From Kudoa neothunni (lineage: Eukaryota; Animalia; Cnidaria): a stretch of DNA of 64,000 nt. A program made the position numbers and the translations under genes. Positions 13,501 to 27,184 of the stretch are shown in pieces. Location: positions 9,803,315-9,867,314 of the forward strand of contig OZ199840.1 in assembly GCA_964304625.1 (NCBI GenBank), in the 5' to 3' direction. Each line of letters begins with the position of its first letter. Positions within the stretch are counted from its first letter, which is position 1. The notes under the pieces are model-generated. The model ran no database searches. It was not told the origin of the DNA and saw nothing but the letters and a program-made list of their open reading frames with translations.

Positions 13501-14890
13501 CAAAATGGATTTCATGTGAATGTTAGAAATAGATCTGACCCTCCAAAACATCGAACGTAGATCGTGGCATTCTGCATCTTCACGGTCATATAGCGTGATG
13601 AAACTACAAAAGTCGATGGCAAAATATACAACCGTCCCCGCCCATTTATTTCACCGTCGCTACGATTGCAATTCATTAAATTGATATAAGATTCAACATG
13701 AAATTCAAATTGTTTGGTTCTGATGAACCAAAGTCTCTGATTCCATCGTCGCAAGCATATCTACAGCATATTGTTGGAATAATGTCCAAAACTGATGAAG
13801 CATGTTAAAACTATTTTCCCTTACCATAAAATGAAAAGAATAAAAATCCTTACATGAAACACTTTTGTTTGTGCCAATCTATGGAATATGAAAATAGTAA
13901 CCATCTTGACCATAAACATTAATTAGTGGATATCGCAATACATCATACGATCTGTGTGTTTCGCTTATTCTTTGAAGTCTGTTGTCCTTACTGCTCGAAA
14001 CAATTTCCCTCCTAGATTGCTGCTCATCCGATATTACGATAGCCATCTCATTGTAAGTTGGGGTGTTGTATCTTCTCTCATGTTCTCCCTGTGGACGCTC
14101 ATCAGCGTTTATAATTATATTAAAATTAGAGGATGGGTACATTTCTAAAACATACTTAAAACTGTGGATGTAGTTATTGTGACTGTGTAACATATCTTGA
14201 AGCGCTAAAATAATATCATACCTAAGCTGGGGGTACATGTTGGATCGACTTTGAGCTTACAAATCCATGTCTTGTATGAAATATATTTGCAAGAATTTCG
14301 GTTGCTTATTTTCAGAAGGCGATATCGATCCAATTCGATGACAAACTTGACTGTGAACCTTAAAAATAAGCATGAATCCGTCCCTACTATTTACGTTCAC
14401 TCCAAATGATGTTATCTGGAAAGCACAGTTGTATCTTTAGATATTTTGTAGGAAGTGTCTGTAGAATATGAGGAGGAACAGGTAGTGCGTCCAAAATAAC
14501 CTTACCGCCGGCACAACACATATCCGCGAATTCGTTTATTCACTTCTTAGAACGGCATTTTGGGAAAATTTTCGACATTTTCCAAATTGTGATATTCTTT
14601 TCATTTCCATAGTTGTAGCAGAGGTCGTAATGTAAAGCGACCATATTCCAAGTATCATCAGACATACTTCGCGATTGTTGACCGAATAGAACAGGAGTGT
14701 AGGAAAATTCAGGTACAAATTTACTGCCTGATCATGTGCTGTGCTTATTTATAGGTGACACTGCAGGACTCTGTTGAGTCGCCTCACCTACACGTCGATT
14801 TCTATTGCTTACACTATTTGTTTCTCGTATTCGTTCTCTTTGCTCGTCGGTTTCTCGTGAAAGGCGTAAACGTCGGCAATTCCGTCGTAA
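10570..14890 (-). mobile_element. Decayed autonomous Helitron (Rep + Pif1 helicase)
   Basis: Rep motifs GLPHAHIL (HUH) and KYMCKCVNKG, SETHRSYDVLRYPL, ECFYLRMLLHCVKGPKSFDDLK; helicase motifs FFLDAPSGIDKTF, IIWDECTM, LSGNFRQTLHVIPR. Many stops and frameshifts; termini not resolved. Confidence 0.92.
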
Positions 14891-15527
14891 TTGTTGGTGT
14901 GTATAGTCAAAAATAAGAATAGCTCTGTAAACAATTAGGGATACGATCGAATGGTATTGTTTACTTTCCTACACCTTATTCACAAACAAATGTTTTGAGG
15001 GAGAAAAGAAGAAACTTCCAATGCATAATACTAGAGTACCAGACGCAAAACGTTTATATTAATCTGATTTGATGCAGATGGTTTTATACGAAATAATAGA
15101 GTCAATGAAATTAATCGATCGATAAAAAAATTATTGGATTATGACATTCAAACGCTTTTCAAATTTTCAATTTACTTGATTTCATTTAATAATAATTTTA
15201 ATGTGTTTGTTTATTGTGTAAATTTGTTTTCAATATAACATCTATACACAGATTTATATTCCATAACCTACGCCCAGGTTGCTCTAATCCTCTAGGTCAC
15301 CTGAAGGTAGATTTAGATGAAAACATAAAACACTACAAAATACAACTAAAAATTGTTCTATTCTTTTTAAATTTTAATCATCTCTATTCGAACGTGAACC
15401 TTACAATTCCTAATAGATTAAGCTTTAAACAGTCCTATAACTTTTTTGAAATTCACCATTTCTTAGAACACACAATTTTCGGGAAATTCCGAAGTTTGTA
15501 CTATATATATATATATCTAGCTCTCTA

Positions 15528-16212
15528 TCTATATAAATGAAGTAGTAACGTCCGTGTGTGTACGTATTTTTCATTCTTTATAGAGAGACATATCGCTCCA
15601 TTTGAGCAAAAATATGGAAAGGTAAATTTTCTTTTAACACATAAAAATACTTAAAAAATTATAAAAGGTTTGCATCCTACAAAATGACTAAAAACATTTT
15701 CACGTGGTATGATTGGTTTGATTTAAGGGTTTATGCAAACATATCGGTCATTTCATTAAGATTATAAAAAGTTAATTTAAAATGTACCATAGCGTTTATT
15801 TCATAATTTTAAAAAGTAACTTAGTAATTGAATCAGTTCAAATAAGGAAGGTAATATTAGGTTATGTAACTAAACTTTAATATGAAATTTATTTGTTGGT
15901 GTTTAACAACATTAATCCTTTTCAAATGATATGATTTAGAGATTACTGTGAACAGCAAGGAGAAAACCGATTTTTAAGGAGCTCTAAAGAGGAAATTTTA
16001 AACACTCATTAGTGTTTATTCATTGTAAAAATATTAAATAAGGTTCATGCGTCCAATTAGTTAAATAAATCATCCGTTAATTTGGTAATCTTTGTACTAT
16101 TTATCTAAATACTCTTAATTTATTTTGAACATTAAACGATCTTGGCTAACTCATTGCGTTAGTTTACTTGGCTGGGAAAGGAAGCCCACGCGAAGGGGGT
16201 CTTTTACGCTAT
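15528..16212 (+). mobile_element. Non-autonomous Helitron-like element
   Basis: 5' TCTATATAAATGAAG..GTCCGTGTGTG next to a TA-rich tract; 3' GC-rich imperfect hairpin gcccacgcgaagggggt followed by CTAT (degenerate CTRR). Confidence 0.4.
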
Positions 16213-16366
16213 TTTAACACATATATATAATTATTTTTTTATAAAAATAGAATCTATTCATTTTCTAAAAATTTTAAATATTTGATAACACTACATCACA
16301 ATTAATATTGAAATAAAATTAACAAGTATTAAGAAGATAATTAAATTGAACTAAAAGCGATGTTAA

Positions 16367-17724
16367 CCCTCCTTGTCTGAAGCGGGTCCCATTGCGGACC
16401 CCAATTTCATTATTTTTCACGTTACTCTGAAATGAACTGCTGATTTCTTAACTGTTCCAGTAGAGCCGCTTTATGATTAGAAAGTTTGCATACAAATTAT
16501 AATTTATTTTCTAATTTAAAAACACGCCTCAGGCATTATATTTATTCATAATCCGATTATTTATTCCTACAGAATCTCAAGAAAAATGGTCCATTGTATA
16601 CATATTAACTTATTTCACTTATTTATATTTATAAATTTATTTAATTGATTTTAAAGCCATATAGACGTAAGGTTTCTATATACTTCGACTTAATAAGGGA
16701 TTAGAGAGGATTAATCTGTACCGCACTTCTTGGTTGGTAGGCTCTTTTTTATCTAAAGAATCTCTCTTTACCAACAATAAACTAATCCATGATTCATTAT
16801 ATGAAATATAACTATTAGAACCTTTGTGTATAGATTGAGGATTCCGTAATATTTTTTCGGTGAAATATAAATTGATAAGTATAAAGTATTTGGAAAATAA
16901 TTGTTCTATTGCAAATTTATTAAAATAATCAATAGGACCTTTCAATAATTTTTAAAAATAGTCAGAAATAATGGCTATTACTGTTTATATTGAGTATATA
17001 ATTGAAGTTAAAGCATTGTGTGTTTATTAATTATTGATGTTGACATGTATGTGCTACGAATTATTCGTATACAAGCGTTAAACCTATGTTCCAGAAGTTT
17101 GCAAATATGGATAACAAAATATTTCAACAACTTAGATTCTTTCAAAATAAATTCTAAAATGTAATCTTACTGACTCTTAAATATGCAAATAAATTTTAGG
17201 AAAGTTCGTAAAAATGTAAATAAATTACTAAGCAATACACATTTCATAATTTTGTTATTATACTTTTGATAGAATTAAAACGATATGAAATTTTCAAACA
17301 CTGCTTTTCATGAAAACTCAGAGTAAAGTGCATGCACGACTACATTTTCTACTTCCTAAACAGTCTGATAATTTTTACAGAACGGCTCATAGTTGGGCCT
17401 ATGTTTGATCATCATCTATTAATTTTTATGGAACCTAATCGGATAAATTAGATATTTATTTCATTTAGACATCTTCGAAGCATTTAGTGCTTAAATTTAT
17501 GCGCTGATTTCACTACATTTGCCCGACTCAATAAATTCATCTTAGCTCATATCTGCATTTCAAGCTACTGGATAGAGTTAGATTTTTTTTATACTTATAA
17601 ATGCCTTTGAATAACATCATGTTAGTTTCGTAATAATTGATGGCGCTTAAGACCGACTTAAAAGGGGGTCCCCAATGGACCCGTAGGCACACGCGTAAAT
17701 TTTTCGCACGCAATGCAGGTAGGG
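16367..17724. mobile_element. Non-autonomous piggyBac-like element immediately downstream of copy 2
   Basis: TTAA|CCCT ... AGGG|TTAC termini, with subterminal GGGTCC..GGACCC palindromes at both ends. Confidence 0.6.
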
Positions 17725-17887
17725 TTACTTAATATGTTTAAACTGAAATTAAATAATTATACTTCAAATTAATTTTAATAGAAATATTGGATGAAATAAA
17801 TAATTATAAAATATTTAAATGGGTTATGAATCATGATAAACAATATTATTCATTATCTACTACAAAAAAGAATATTTGTATCATTCT

Positions 17888-20750
17888 TTATTTCTTTTTG
17901 TAGGCCATAAAACCTCCTATTCCTCCGATAAGTATAATTGCAACAACAACCGACACTATAATACTAAACGAAAAAATTAAAAAAACGACTACTCACATCA
18001 CATACATTGTTATATTGCCTGACCTATAAAATAATAATTACATACAAAAATAATTATAAATAAATTTACGTTGATTTACTACCAGATGCACCTAAAATTA
18101 GAGTTATACAATATTTCTAAGTATTTAAGAATTGGATCACCTTTATCAATTTCAGCTGTACCAAATACTGTGTTATCCCTGCTGTAGTATACGGTCAAAT
18201 GATAGTCGTTTAGATCCTCAACATTTTCAATCGTAAAATTCTTACAGGTTGGAAGCGTCGTACACTCACCTCCCCCATTACTCATACATTTTTTAACGGT
18301 TGGTCTAGCCACGTCGCTTGAATTAATTAACACCCACATACATTTGGACTCTTCATCTATTCCAACTGGAAGTGTGGTCGTTATCTGTAATGTTTTATCG
18401 TCACGTACTATACTAACAAACATTTTTTTTGTTAGATCAGTAGGGTCTTCAATTATTGGTTCTAAATTTTATGTTTTAGTAATCGTTAATGATATATAAT
18501 TTTTAATATATATTGTAAAATAATAACTCGGGGCTAGAATGATGGGAGTTTCTTCAGAACGATCAACAGCTGTAACCAAAATTTTATATTCTTTCGAAGC
18601 GTCGTAACCTTCACTGAATATAATGTTGTTACAATATGGTACTTCGGAGCATGATTTGGTATTGTTTGATGTAGTTTCTGACGACTGTTCTACTGTACCA
18701 GCTCTTGCAATGGAAACTTTTTCGACATTAATTAATGATCCAGCCAATGGTGGTTGAATTGGTTCTGCAGGACATGAATATATTGTATCCCACGATTCTC
18801 CATTTTTAACAGTGATTTTATAATGGCATTTTATGTCACTAATCGGTGTAGACAATTTTCCTATCACTTTATATCCTTTGTCCAATGTTTCCTTCGTAAG
18901 AGTAAGAGTCGAATAAGCTTTCGTATTTATAAAAATAATAGTTCATTCAATTATAGTACTCGTTTTAATACTTGTGAATGTAATAGAACCATATTCTTCA
19001 TAAGCAACAACTTTAATATCGTAGGCAGTGTTGAGTTCGAGGTCAATTAATGTCTTGGACTCTCTACATAAACCTCTACAAGGATTACTATCTGAACAAG
19101 TTGCTTCGACAAATTTGTTCATTCCTGCTATACTGACAAAGTAATCACATGTGGGTTCAGTTGCTTCGGTTCCGGGATCACCGACAATTGCTTTAACTAC
19201 GCTAGTTGAATCACCCGCAGTAGGTTTTGCAGTATCAAAACTTTTGTCCGTTTTTTTATCTTAAATTATTAATGAATTCAAATATTATGATAATATTGTT
19301 ACTTGTTTGGACGAAAATATATTCCTTAAAATCTGCATAGTTTTTTATAGTAGCAGTATTAGGTGCAACTACTATCATTATTGGTCGTCCTTCAGGTAAT
19401 CCTTGAATAGTGCGAGCAGCATTACAATTATTTACACAATCACCCGGATTTGAACATGTTGGAGCTATAAATTCATTAATTTTGATAGCATCTGCAACAT
19501 AATATTTGATTGCACACTGATCAAATGTCTTTGTTTCGACATTTGACTTGAATAATTTCACATTTAAAATGACTCCAGTATCTGTGACTGATACTAGAGC
19601 ATTTTTATTTCCAGCTGGTTCAATGATGGCTAAAATATAATTAGATACTTTATCTAATTATTTATACCAAATTTTTTGTATGTAAATCCTTCGAACGATC
19701 CGTCCTGTTTTTTCGGTAAGCTATGGTGTCTTCTTTGTACCAATATTTCTACAATTGGTTTTGTTGAAGTAAGAGTGAGTTCTACGTCGTTACAGGGGGC
19801 GTAACATGGTTTGCCAGTCCCTCCGCAATTTGATGAATAAATAGATTTAGAATTTGCTGCATCCGATGGATCTCTGATGCTAAAGTGGCATATTTCATTA
19901 GGAATTGGATTAGTGAATTTTAGTTGATATTTGGTTTTATCCTGAGCAGATTTGTATTTAACATAGAATTGTGGCTTGTAAACGTCTATATTTTCTTTCA
20001 TATAATAATTTGGCATGTGGTAATAGAAAATAGGATAATCGGTGCATCTAACTTCAAAATACGGGATTTTTATTCCATATTCAACAGTATTAATATTAAT
20101 AGTGTCATTAGCTTTACCACAGTCTGCTGCTTTAGGCACATCTTTGTATTTTATTCCTTTGTAATAAATGGGACAAGCGACAGGTTTGCATGTGATGGCT
20201 TCCAACTTTAAATATTTCCGATTTGTGGATGGTTTTATGTTCGGATCAATTAATAATGCTAAATATTTATTAATTATTTAACTAAGCTTTAAACTTACGA
20301 ATTCTAAATCCAAAAACTTTTCCTCCCTTTGGGAGACACGATCCTTCAACATCACCACCGGACGAACCATCTTTAATATAAATGTATTTGGATCTTGGGG
20401 ATAGTTGTGTATATGTAAGCTTATTGTCGGCGCCAGCGCAATTTTGTACGCATTTATTCTGAACTTCACTAACTTTACTTGGACATGTTTCAATTTCGAC
20501 AAAGTTATTTCCTTCAGCATTTTCTTTCATTATGCGACACTTATTTTCGCCTAAGTATTGTGTTCCTTTCAGTTCGATATGGACTTTATGGGCGTTGATA
20601 TCGGAATTATCTAGCTGATAATAAACTTCTCTTTCAACAGTAGCGTCATCGGAGTAACAAGTAATTAAAACTAAATGAAATTCACCAGAATCAAACAGAT
20701 ATTTGTATACGTGAAAATATGATGACCAACGAAAAAGGTTCCATTTTCAT
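17888..20750 (-). CDS. Cys-rich FN3-like type I membrane protein, copy 2 (10 exons, 818 aa)
   Basis: Exons 20711-20750, 20299-20670, 19668-20258, 19303-19629, 18960-19259, 18528-18917, 18141-18461, 18070-18091, 18006-18023 and 17888-17963 sum to 2457 nt in one open frame. All introns are GT-AG (38-66 nt). N-terminus MKMEPFSLVIIFSLLITCYS; C-terminus IIVSVVVAIILIGGIGGFMAYKKK*. Confidence 0.9.
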
Positions 20751-23700
20751 TATAATCACCAATTAACCTAAAAATATAAATCTGTTATTCTAAATATATT
20801 CAGTTATTAAGCTTCTTATTTTAATACGAACTAAAAAATGAATGCATATAATTATAAATAAATTGTTTTATAAATATAGTCGGAGCTAAATCATCATCAA
20901 AATAGAATTAATTAATAAAATATAATAAAAACAGTTTTAACGATCATTATAAAAATAATTGGAGTTAATATGTCGTTGGGGTTTATTTTATTATGTTATA
21001 TCTATTTCCGATAAAGATCAATGTATTCTCTGATTATTGTTAGGCATATTCATTTTTATAATGTATAAAGTTACTTTTATTGCATTTTCACCGAAGTTAT
21101 CTTTTATAACGAAATAGAAAAGCCTTATATTAAAAAATAAGACATCTTATTAAATTAGTAAAAAGATCAATTTCTTGATGAAATTCTATATTTTTGTTAG
21201 TTTCTAACCATAAGTCTTTTCTCAAAAAGAAATGCTGTAAATTTTTTATACAAATTTTTTTACATCTATATTAGATTTCTATTCGTCAGTTATCGACCAA
21301 CATATAATAGATATCATTTCTATTCAAATAGATCTTTTTAGAGTATTTATTTTAAATCACTATTATGATTATTCAAGAAATCATGTTTAGTCTTCTTATA
21401 AGGCGATTTGCGAGCTGAATCTAATATAGTAATGAGAACAGTATTATACGAAGTTAAATTTGTGTGGTTATTTGTTTACCTATGAATAGTTTTGATTTTG
21501 AATATGAGCAATGCTTCATACAGAAAAGAATGACATCGCTTTATGAAATTTGTCTTAATTAGTTTTAGTTGAAGCACCGAAAAAAATAAATTTAATCGTG
21601 ACTTTTTATAGTCATACTATATCTAATAAGAATAATCAAATTAATTTACATTTCATTATCTAAAATACATATTACCTACTTTCTTATACCTACTTTTAGG
21701 ATATAATAAAATAATGGATGTAATTCCATAAATTATTCAAACAGCTTTCGAAAAAATGTAGAATTTTCTTAATAAACATATTTATGGGTATTTATATGTT
21801 AATATAATATAACATTTTCAATAATATAGTGGCTAATTCACGCTTTTTCTCTGGTCACAAAGGGATTACGAATTAGCTGTCACCCACTGCAACAGACCCA
21901 TTTTAGTCTTAATCTGCAACCATTAGGTCAATTCTTAATATAACATTGGCTTTACCTTCAAAAAATACATTTAAACACTTTTATCTTTATAGTTAATTAA
22001 ACATTAATTTGCTTTTCTCGAAATTGAATAACAACCAAATATACTTTTTATTGTTATTTTAAAAATGAAAAACAATTTTAATACTTTGAAATAGGCGAAC
22101 CTCAAACTAAATATTATATTTAATTTATTCTTTAATAATCAATAAATCCACGCCTATTAAAATATTTCTACTTTATATTTTTAGTTATATGAATGCAATA
22201 CAAACAGTTGAAAAACCACAAGCACAACTCAAATTTCTGTCTATCCATAAAACTCGCATAAATATTTATCCATATTGTTATATCAGTCAGCTCTATACTA
22301 TTTTTGGTAGAAACAGGTTTATTCGAAAATTAGAAGGATATTTGTTTTAGTTTACAAAAAATTTAACTTTTATTAATCCCATTTTCTCCAAAAATGGTTT
22401 AAATTTTTATAAATCGTTTTTGATAGAACTGATACTTATTTTTATTAAAAAAATGTAAAATCTAATATACTTAGTTCATAAAAGATTAAAAATCAAAATA
22501 AATTATTAAAATTTTAATTTTGAAATTGTCAATTAAGATTTTTGGCATATATATATATATATATATATATGAAATGGTAGATACCGAATTTATTTTTTTT
22601 TGATTATCTATTGTACATTTACAAGTTATAAATTGGCACTCTCATGTCCAATATGATAACAATAGAGAGGAGCAATATTAGAAAATAAACCAACAGTTTG
22701 AATCACTTGACGCATTATAATTTATTTTTATTAAATCTTAAATTTTTTGTCAGTTTTGTTTTTCTACTTTAACCATATCATTTTTGCCTGATTTTAAGAT
22801 TATTCTAAACTATAAGACATAGCTGTATTTTTGAGGTTGGTTTTAAATATAATATCAACATCAAATATTCAGTATGAATACTTTTTTTCGGACTTAATGA
22901 GAACACTTTTTAACTACTCATTTTAAGTTAACTTTAATTTTTCTTCCATGAAATATAAAGTAATTATTGTAAAAATAATTATTTCCTGGTTTTTTACCTA
23001 AAAAATCTATTGTGCATACTCTATCATACAATAATGGATAGATTCATTGATTTTACCCCTTTAGATGTTTGAAAAAAGTCCTATAATATTTATTCATCTG
23101 GTTTTCATCACAATTCGGATAAAGACTTTCCTTGAGTAATAGATGATTTTTTCAAGTAACGATTCTGGCCAACTTCTATCTTATCCATAATTATTAGAAC
23201 TTTAAATAAACAATCCATTAAGATATAATTTGGATGAAAAATTTTTGTCAATAAACTGATGAATTTTTCCCTCAAATACTGAAAGTTGGATATTTTAAAA
23301 ATATCATTTTGAAATAGTCATGACAATTTTATTATCTAAACATGAAAAGATCAACGCTAGAGACGATGAGAAGAACTATATCGAATGAAATTTAACAAGT
23401 TTCCCAAATAGCGTATGTGGTGTCTCAAAGAAATTCAATTGAAAAATGCATCTTTTTAAAATATTAATTTTTATACGTTAAGTATGTATATAAGTTTCAA
23501 AATGTAATATTCAATTTTTAAATAGAGTTTCCTAATAAATACAATTTTAGAAAGCCTTATTCCCTACAGAAATAATTATAAAACCTAATTAAATTAAACG
23601 CATAAAAATTGTTTTATTATAAATTAAAATATAAAAATGATTAAAAATCTGGTTAAAAATAATTCTAACTTTGGAATTTGAGGAAAACGAAATGCGCATT

Positions 23701-23981
23701 GAAAATGAATGTCATATTTTTGGTCTTTACATACGTAGGACATATTAAAATAGAATAATAAGGTATTTTAAAAATATAAAGATTATTAAATAAAGAAAAA
23801 TTATTATAAAATAGTAAAATAATTAAATAATAAAACCAAGATATTAATTTAAATGAACTAGTAAAATTAGATAAAATAATATAAGTTGTATTTTAAATGC
23901 AAAAGAAATAACCTTTATAGAGGTAATTTAAAACTGATGATGAATTAGGAAATGTTTATTCATATTCTATGTAACAATAAC

Positions 23982-26890
23982 CTAAAGATATCTAAATCCA
24001 TGATGTAGCCGGGAAGAAACAAATCCTCCAATTCCTCCAATCAAAAGGATTGCAACAACCACCAAAACTACGATACTAAACAAAAAATGTATAAATCAAG
24101 GACAAATCAATTTACAGAGTAGTATTTCCTGAGCTAAAAAACAATTAATAATCATAGAATAAATACATTAATTAAATTTACGTCGATTTACTCACAGTAG
24201 CACCTAAAGTTTAAATCAATACATTTTATATCATAAAATTACCTTTATCTAATTCTGCCGTGCCGAATATCGTTGCATTCTCGTTATAATATATTATCAA
24301 TTGATAATCATTTAGATCTTCGACATTTTCTATTGTAAAGCTTTGACAACTTGGAAACGCTTTACAATCATCATCTGCATTACTCAAACACTTTTTGACT
24401 CTTGGTCTCGCCACATCACTTAAATTAATCAACACCCACTTACATTTCGACTCTTGATTAATTTCACTGGGTAATATGGTCGCTATTTCTAATGTCTTAT
24501 TATTGCGCACAATATTAACTATCATTCTTTTCATTGGATCAGTCGGAGTTTCAATTTTTGGTTCTATAATATATATTTACATTTAATCATTAATAGTGTA
24601 TTATTTTAAATAAATATATAATATAAACATATTATGATTATGTAGATAAGAAATATAATGGAATTACTTGGGTGTATAACGATTGAGGATTCCTTGGATC
24701 GACCAACAGACGTGACCAAAACTTTATATTCTTTCGAAGCGTCGTATCCTTCACTGAATATAATATCATTACAATTTGTTATTTCAGTGCATGATTTCAT
24801 ATTGTTTAACGTAGATTTTAATTTATGGTTTTCTGTTCTAGCTATGGCGGGACCATTATTATTTTTCAACATTGAAGAAATTGTTGAACGAGCCAGTTCA
24901 GCAGGACATGAATGGATTGTATCCCATGATTGTTCACTTTTCATAAGGATTTTATAATGACATTTTGCATCGTTTTTTGGTGTAGACAATACACCAATAA
25001 CTTTGAACCCTTTGTCCAGTGTCTCCTTCTTAAGAGTAAGAGTAGAATAACCTACCATTTTTATATCTAAATATAGTTTTCATAAATCTAATACTTGTGT
25101 TAATATTATTGTAAATTGTAGAACCAAATCCTGCATAAGCAACCACTTTAAAATCATAGCTAGTGTTAGGTTCGAGATCAACTAATTTTCGATGTTCCCT
25201 GCATAATCCTCTGCAAGGATTACTATCTGCACATGTTGCTTCAACAAATAAATTCCTTCCTGCTCTGCTTACAAAGTAATCGCAAGTAGGCTCAGTAGGA
25301 GATGTTGTTAGTCTGCCGCCGATTGCTTTTATTATGCTAGTGGTGTCGCCCGTGATTAGTTTGACAGGGTTGAAATAGTTTCTATTATTTTTGTCTAAAA
25401 TAAGAATCAAAGAATTTACATTTACATTAATTCTTACTTGTCTGAACAAATATGTACTCTTTAAAATCATCGCGGGAAATAATATCATTTTGTGAAATCA
25501 CTAACATTATAGGTTTCCCCGCAGGTAGTTGTTCAGCTGTGAAGGCAGTATTACAATTAGACGGACAATGTGACCCTGTTGAACATTTTGGTGACATGAA
25601 TACATTATTTTTGATTGTGTCCGCGACGTAATATTTGACCGCACATTGTTGAAATTTCACATTACTACCAGCAGGTTCAAATAATGGTAGGTTTATTTTG
25701 ATCCCTGTTGCTGTATTAGATATAAGTGCATTATCAACTCCAGGCAGTTCAATGATTGCTAATATATGATTTAAAATAAATCATATTATTATTTTTACCA
25801 TATTTCTTATAAGTATATCCATTGGCTGGTTGATCTGTTTTTTCCATTATATTATGGTGCCTTCTTTGAATAAATATTTCAACAATTGGATTTGTTTGAT
25901 CAAGAATGAGTTCCACATTATCACAAGGAGCATAGCATTGTTTTTTAATTCCTCCGCAGTTTGATGAATAAATGGCTGTGTTTGGTTCTGCATTATTCGT
26001 TCCAACTCTTATACTAAAGAGGCATATTTCACTAGGAATTGAATTAGTGAATTTTAGTTGATATTTGGTTTTATCTTGAGCAGATTTGTATCTTGCATAG
26101 AACTGGGGCTTATAAATATCTATATTTTCCTTCATATAGTAGTTTGGCATGTGGTAATAATAAATAGGGAAGTTAGTGCATCTCATCTCGAAATATGGGA
26201 TTTTTATACCATAAGTGACTGTGTCTACGCTAGTTCCCTGAGCAGAAATCGAACAACTACTAGGTGCTGGCACGTCCTTGTATTTTATTCCCTTGTGATA
26301 TATTGGACATGCTACAGGCTTGCAGGTGATTGCTCGTAGCTTTAATAAAAAATCTCCATATGTAGATGCAATTATGTTTGGGTCGACCAAAAGTGCTAAT
26401 AATTTATATTTATTATGAATGAATTAGTTAATTATGATACGTATTGCAAATCCGAATACTATTCCTCCTTTTTGCGCACTAGTTTCGCTAACATCTTCAG
26501 CATGTACACTATCTTTTATGTAAATGTATTTGGATCTAGGTGAAAAATTTCTGTACTCCAGCTTATTGTTGTCTCCAGCACAAGTTCTGACGCATTTGTT
26601 GTGAACACCTACCACATTACTTTCACAACCAGTTATTTCAGCAAAATTATTGTTTAAGTCATTTTCTCGCATTATACAGCATATTTTATTTGATGTATAC
26701 TCTGTGCCCTTTAACTCCAAATGAAATTTAATGTTAGAACTATCCAACTGATAGAAAACTTCTCTAGCAGGTGAAGGTTCTTGCGCCTCATTGGAGTGAT
26801 AAATTAATGTAACTAAATGAAAATCAATATAATCACGTTGATAGTTTTATTTATACATGAAAGTATGAATAAAACGATGATTGGATCCAT
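23982..26890 (-). CDS. Cys-rich FN3-like type I membrane protein, copy 3 (most divergent paralogue)
   Basis: Same exon structure; N-terminus MDPIIVLFILSFTLIYHS; clearest FN3 signature DLEPNTSYDFKVVAY; C-terminus IVVLVVVAILLIGGIGGFVSSRLHHGFRYL*. Confidence 0.88.
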
Positions 26891-27184
26891 TTTCACAAGA
26901 ATCACAAACGATATTAAACAACTTTTATCTACAATTAGACCAGTTCAATTATTCAACATCGTGACCCATTCAATTTAATCAATAAATTCGTTAATTTATC
27001 TATAAAGCTTTGCTGTAATTAATATTCTCGGAAAAATTCATATTGAAGACAATAAATATTAATCTACAACATCAAATGTATATTTAAAGATGATAATTAT
27101 GGTTATAATTTTTGATTATTTTTATAACCCCATACCGCTTAATTTCAGCTCTATATTTCAATCAATAATATATTTACATATTAG

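Noticed and set aside
16676-16945. 89-aa ORF inside the non-autonomous piggyBac-like element
   Set aside because: Non-ATG start, AT-rich composition and no motif; likely a chance ORF.
17860-17890. Possible stop-codon reassignment or read-through of TAA after the TM helix
   Set aside because: Long exons contain no in-frame TAA/TAG, and ACTR8 ends at a normal stop at the expected position; the standard code fits.
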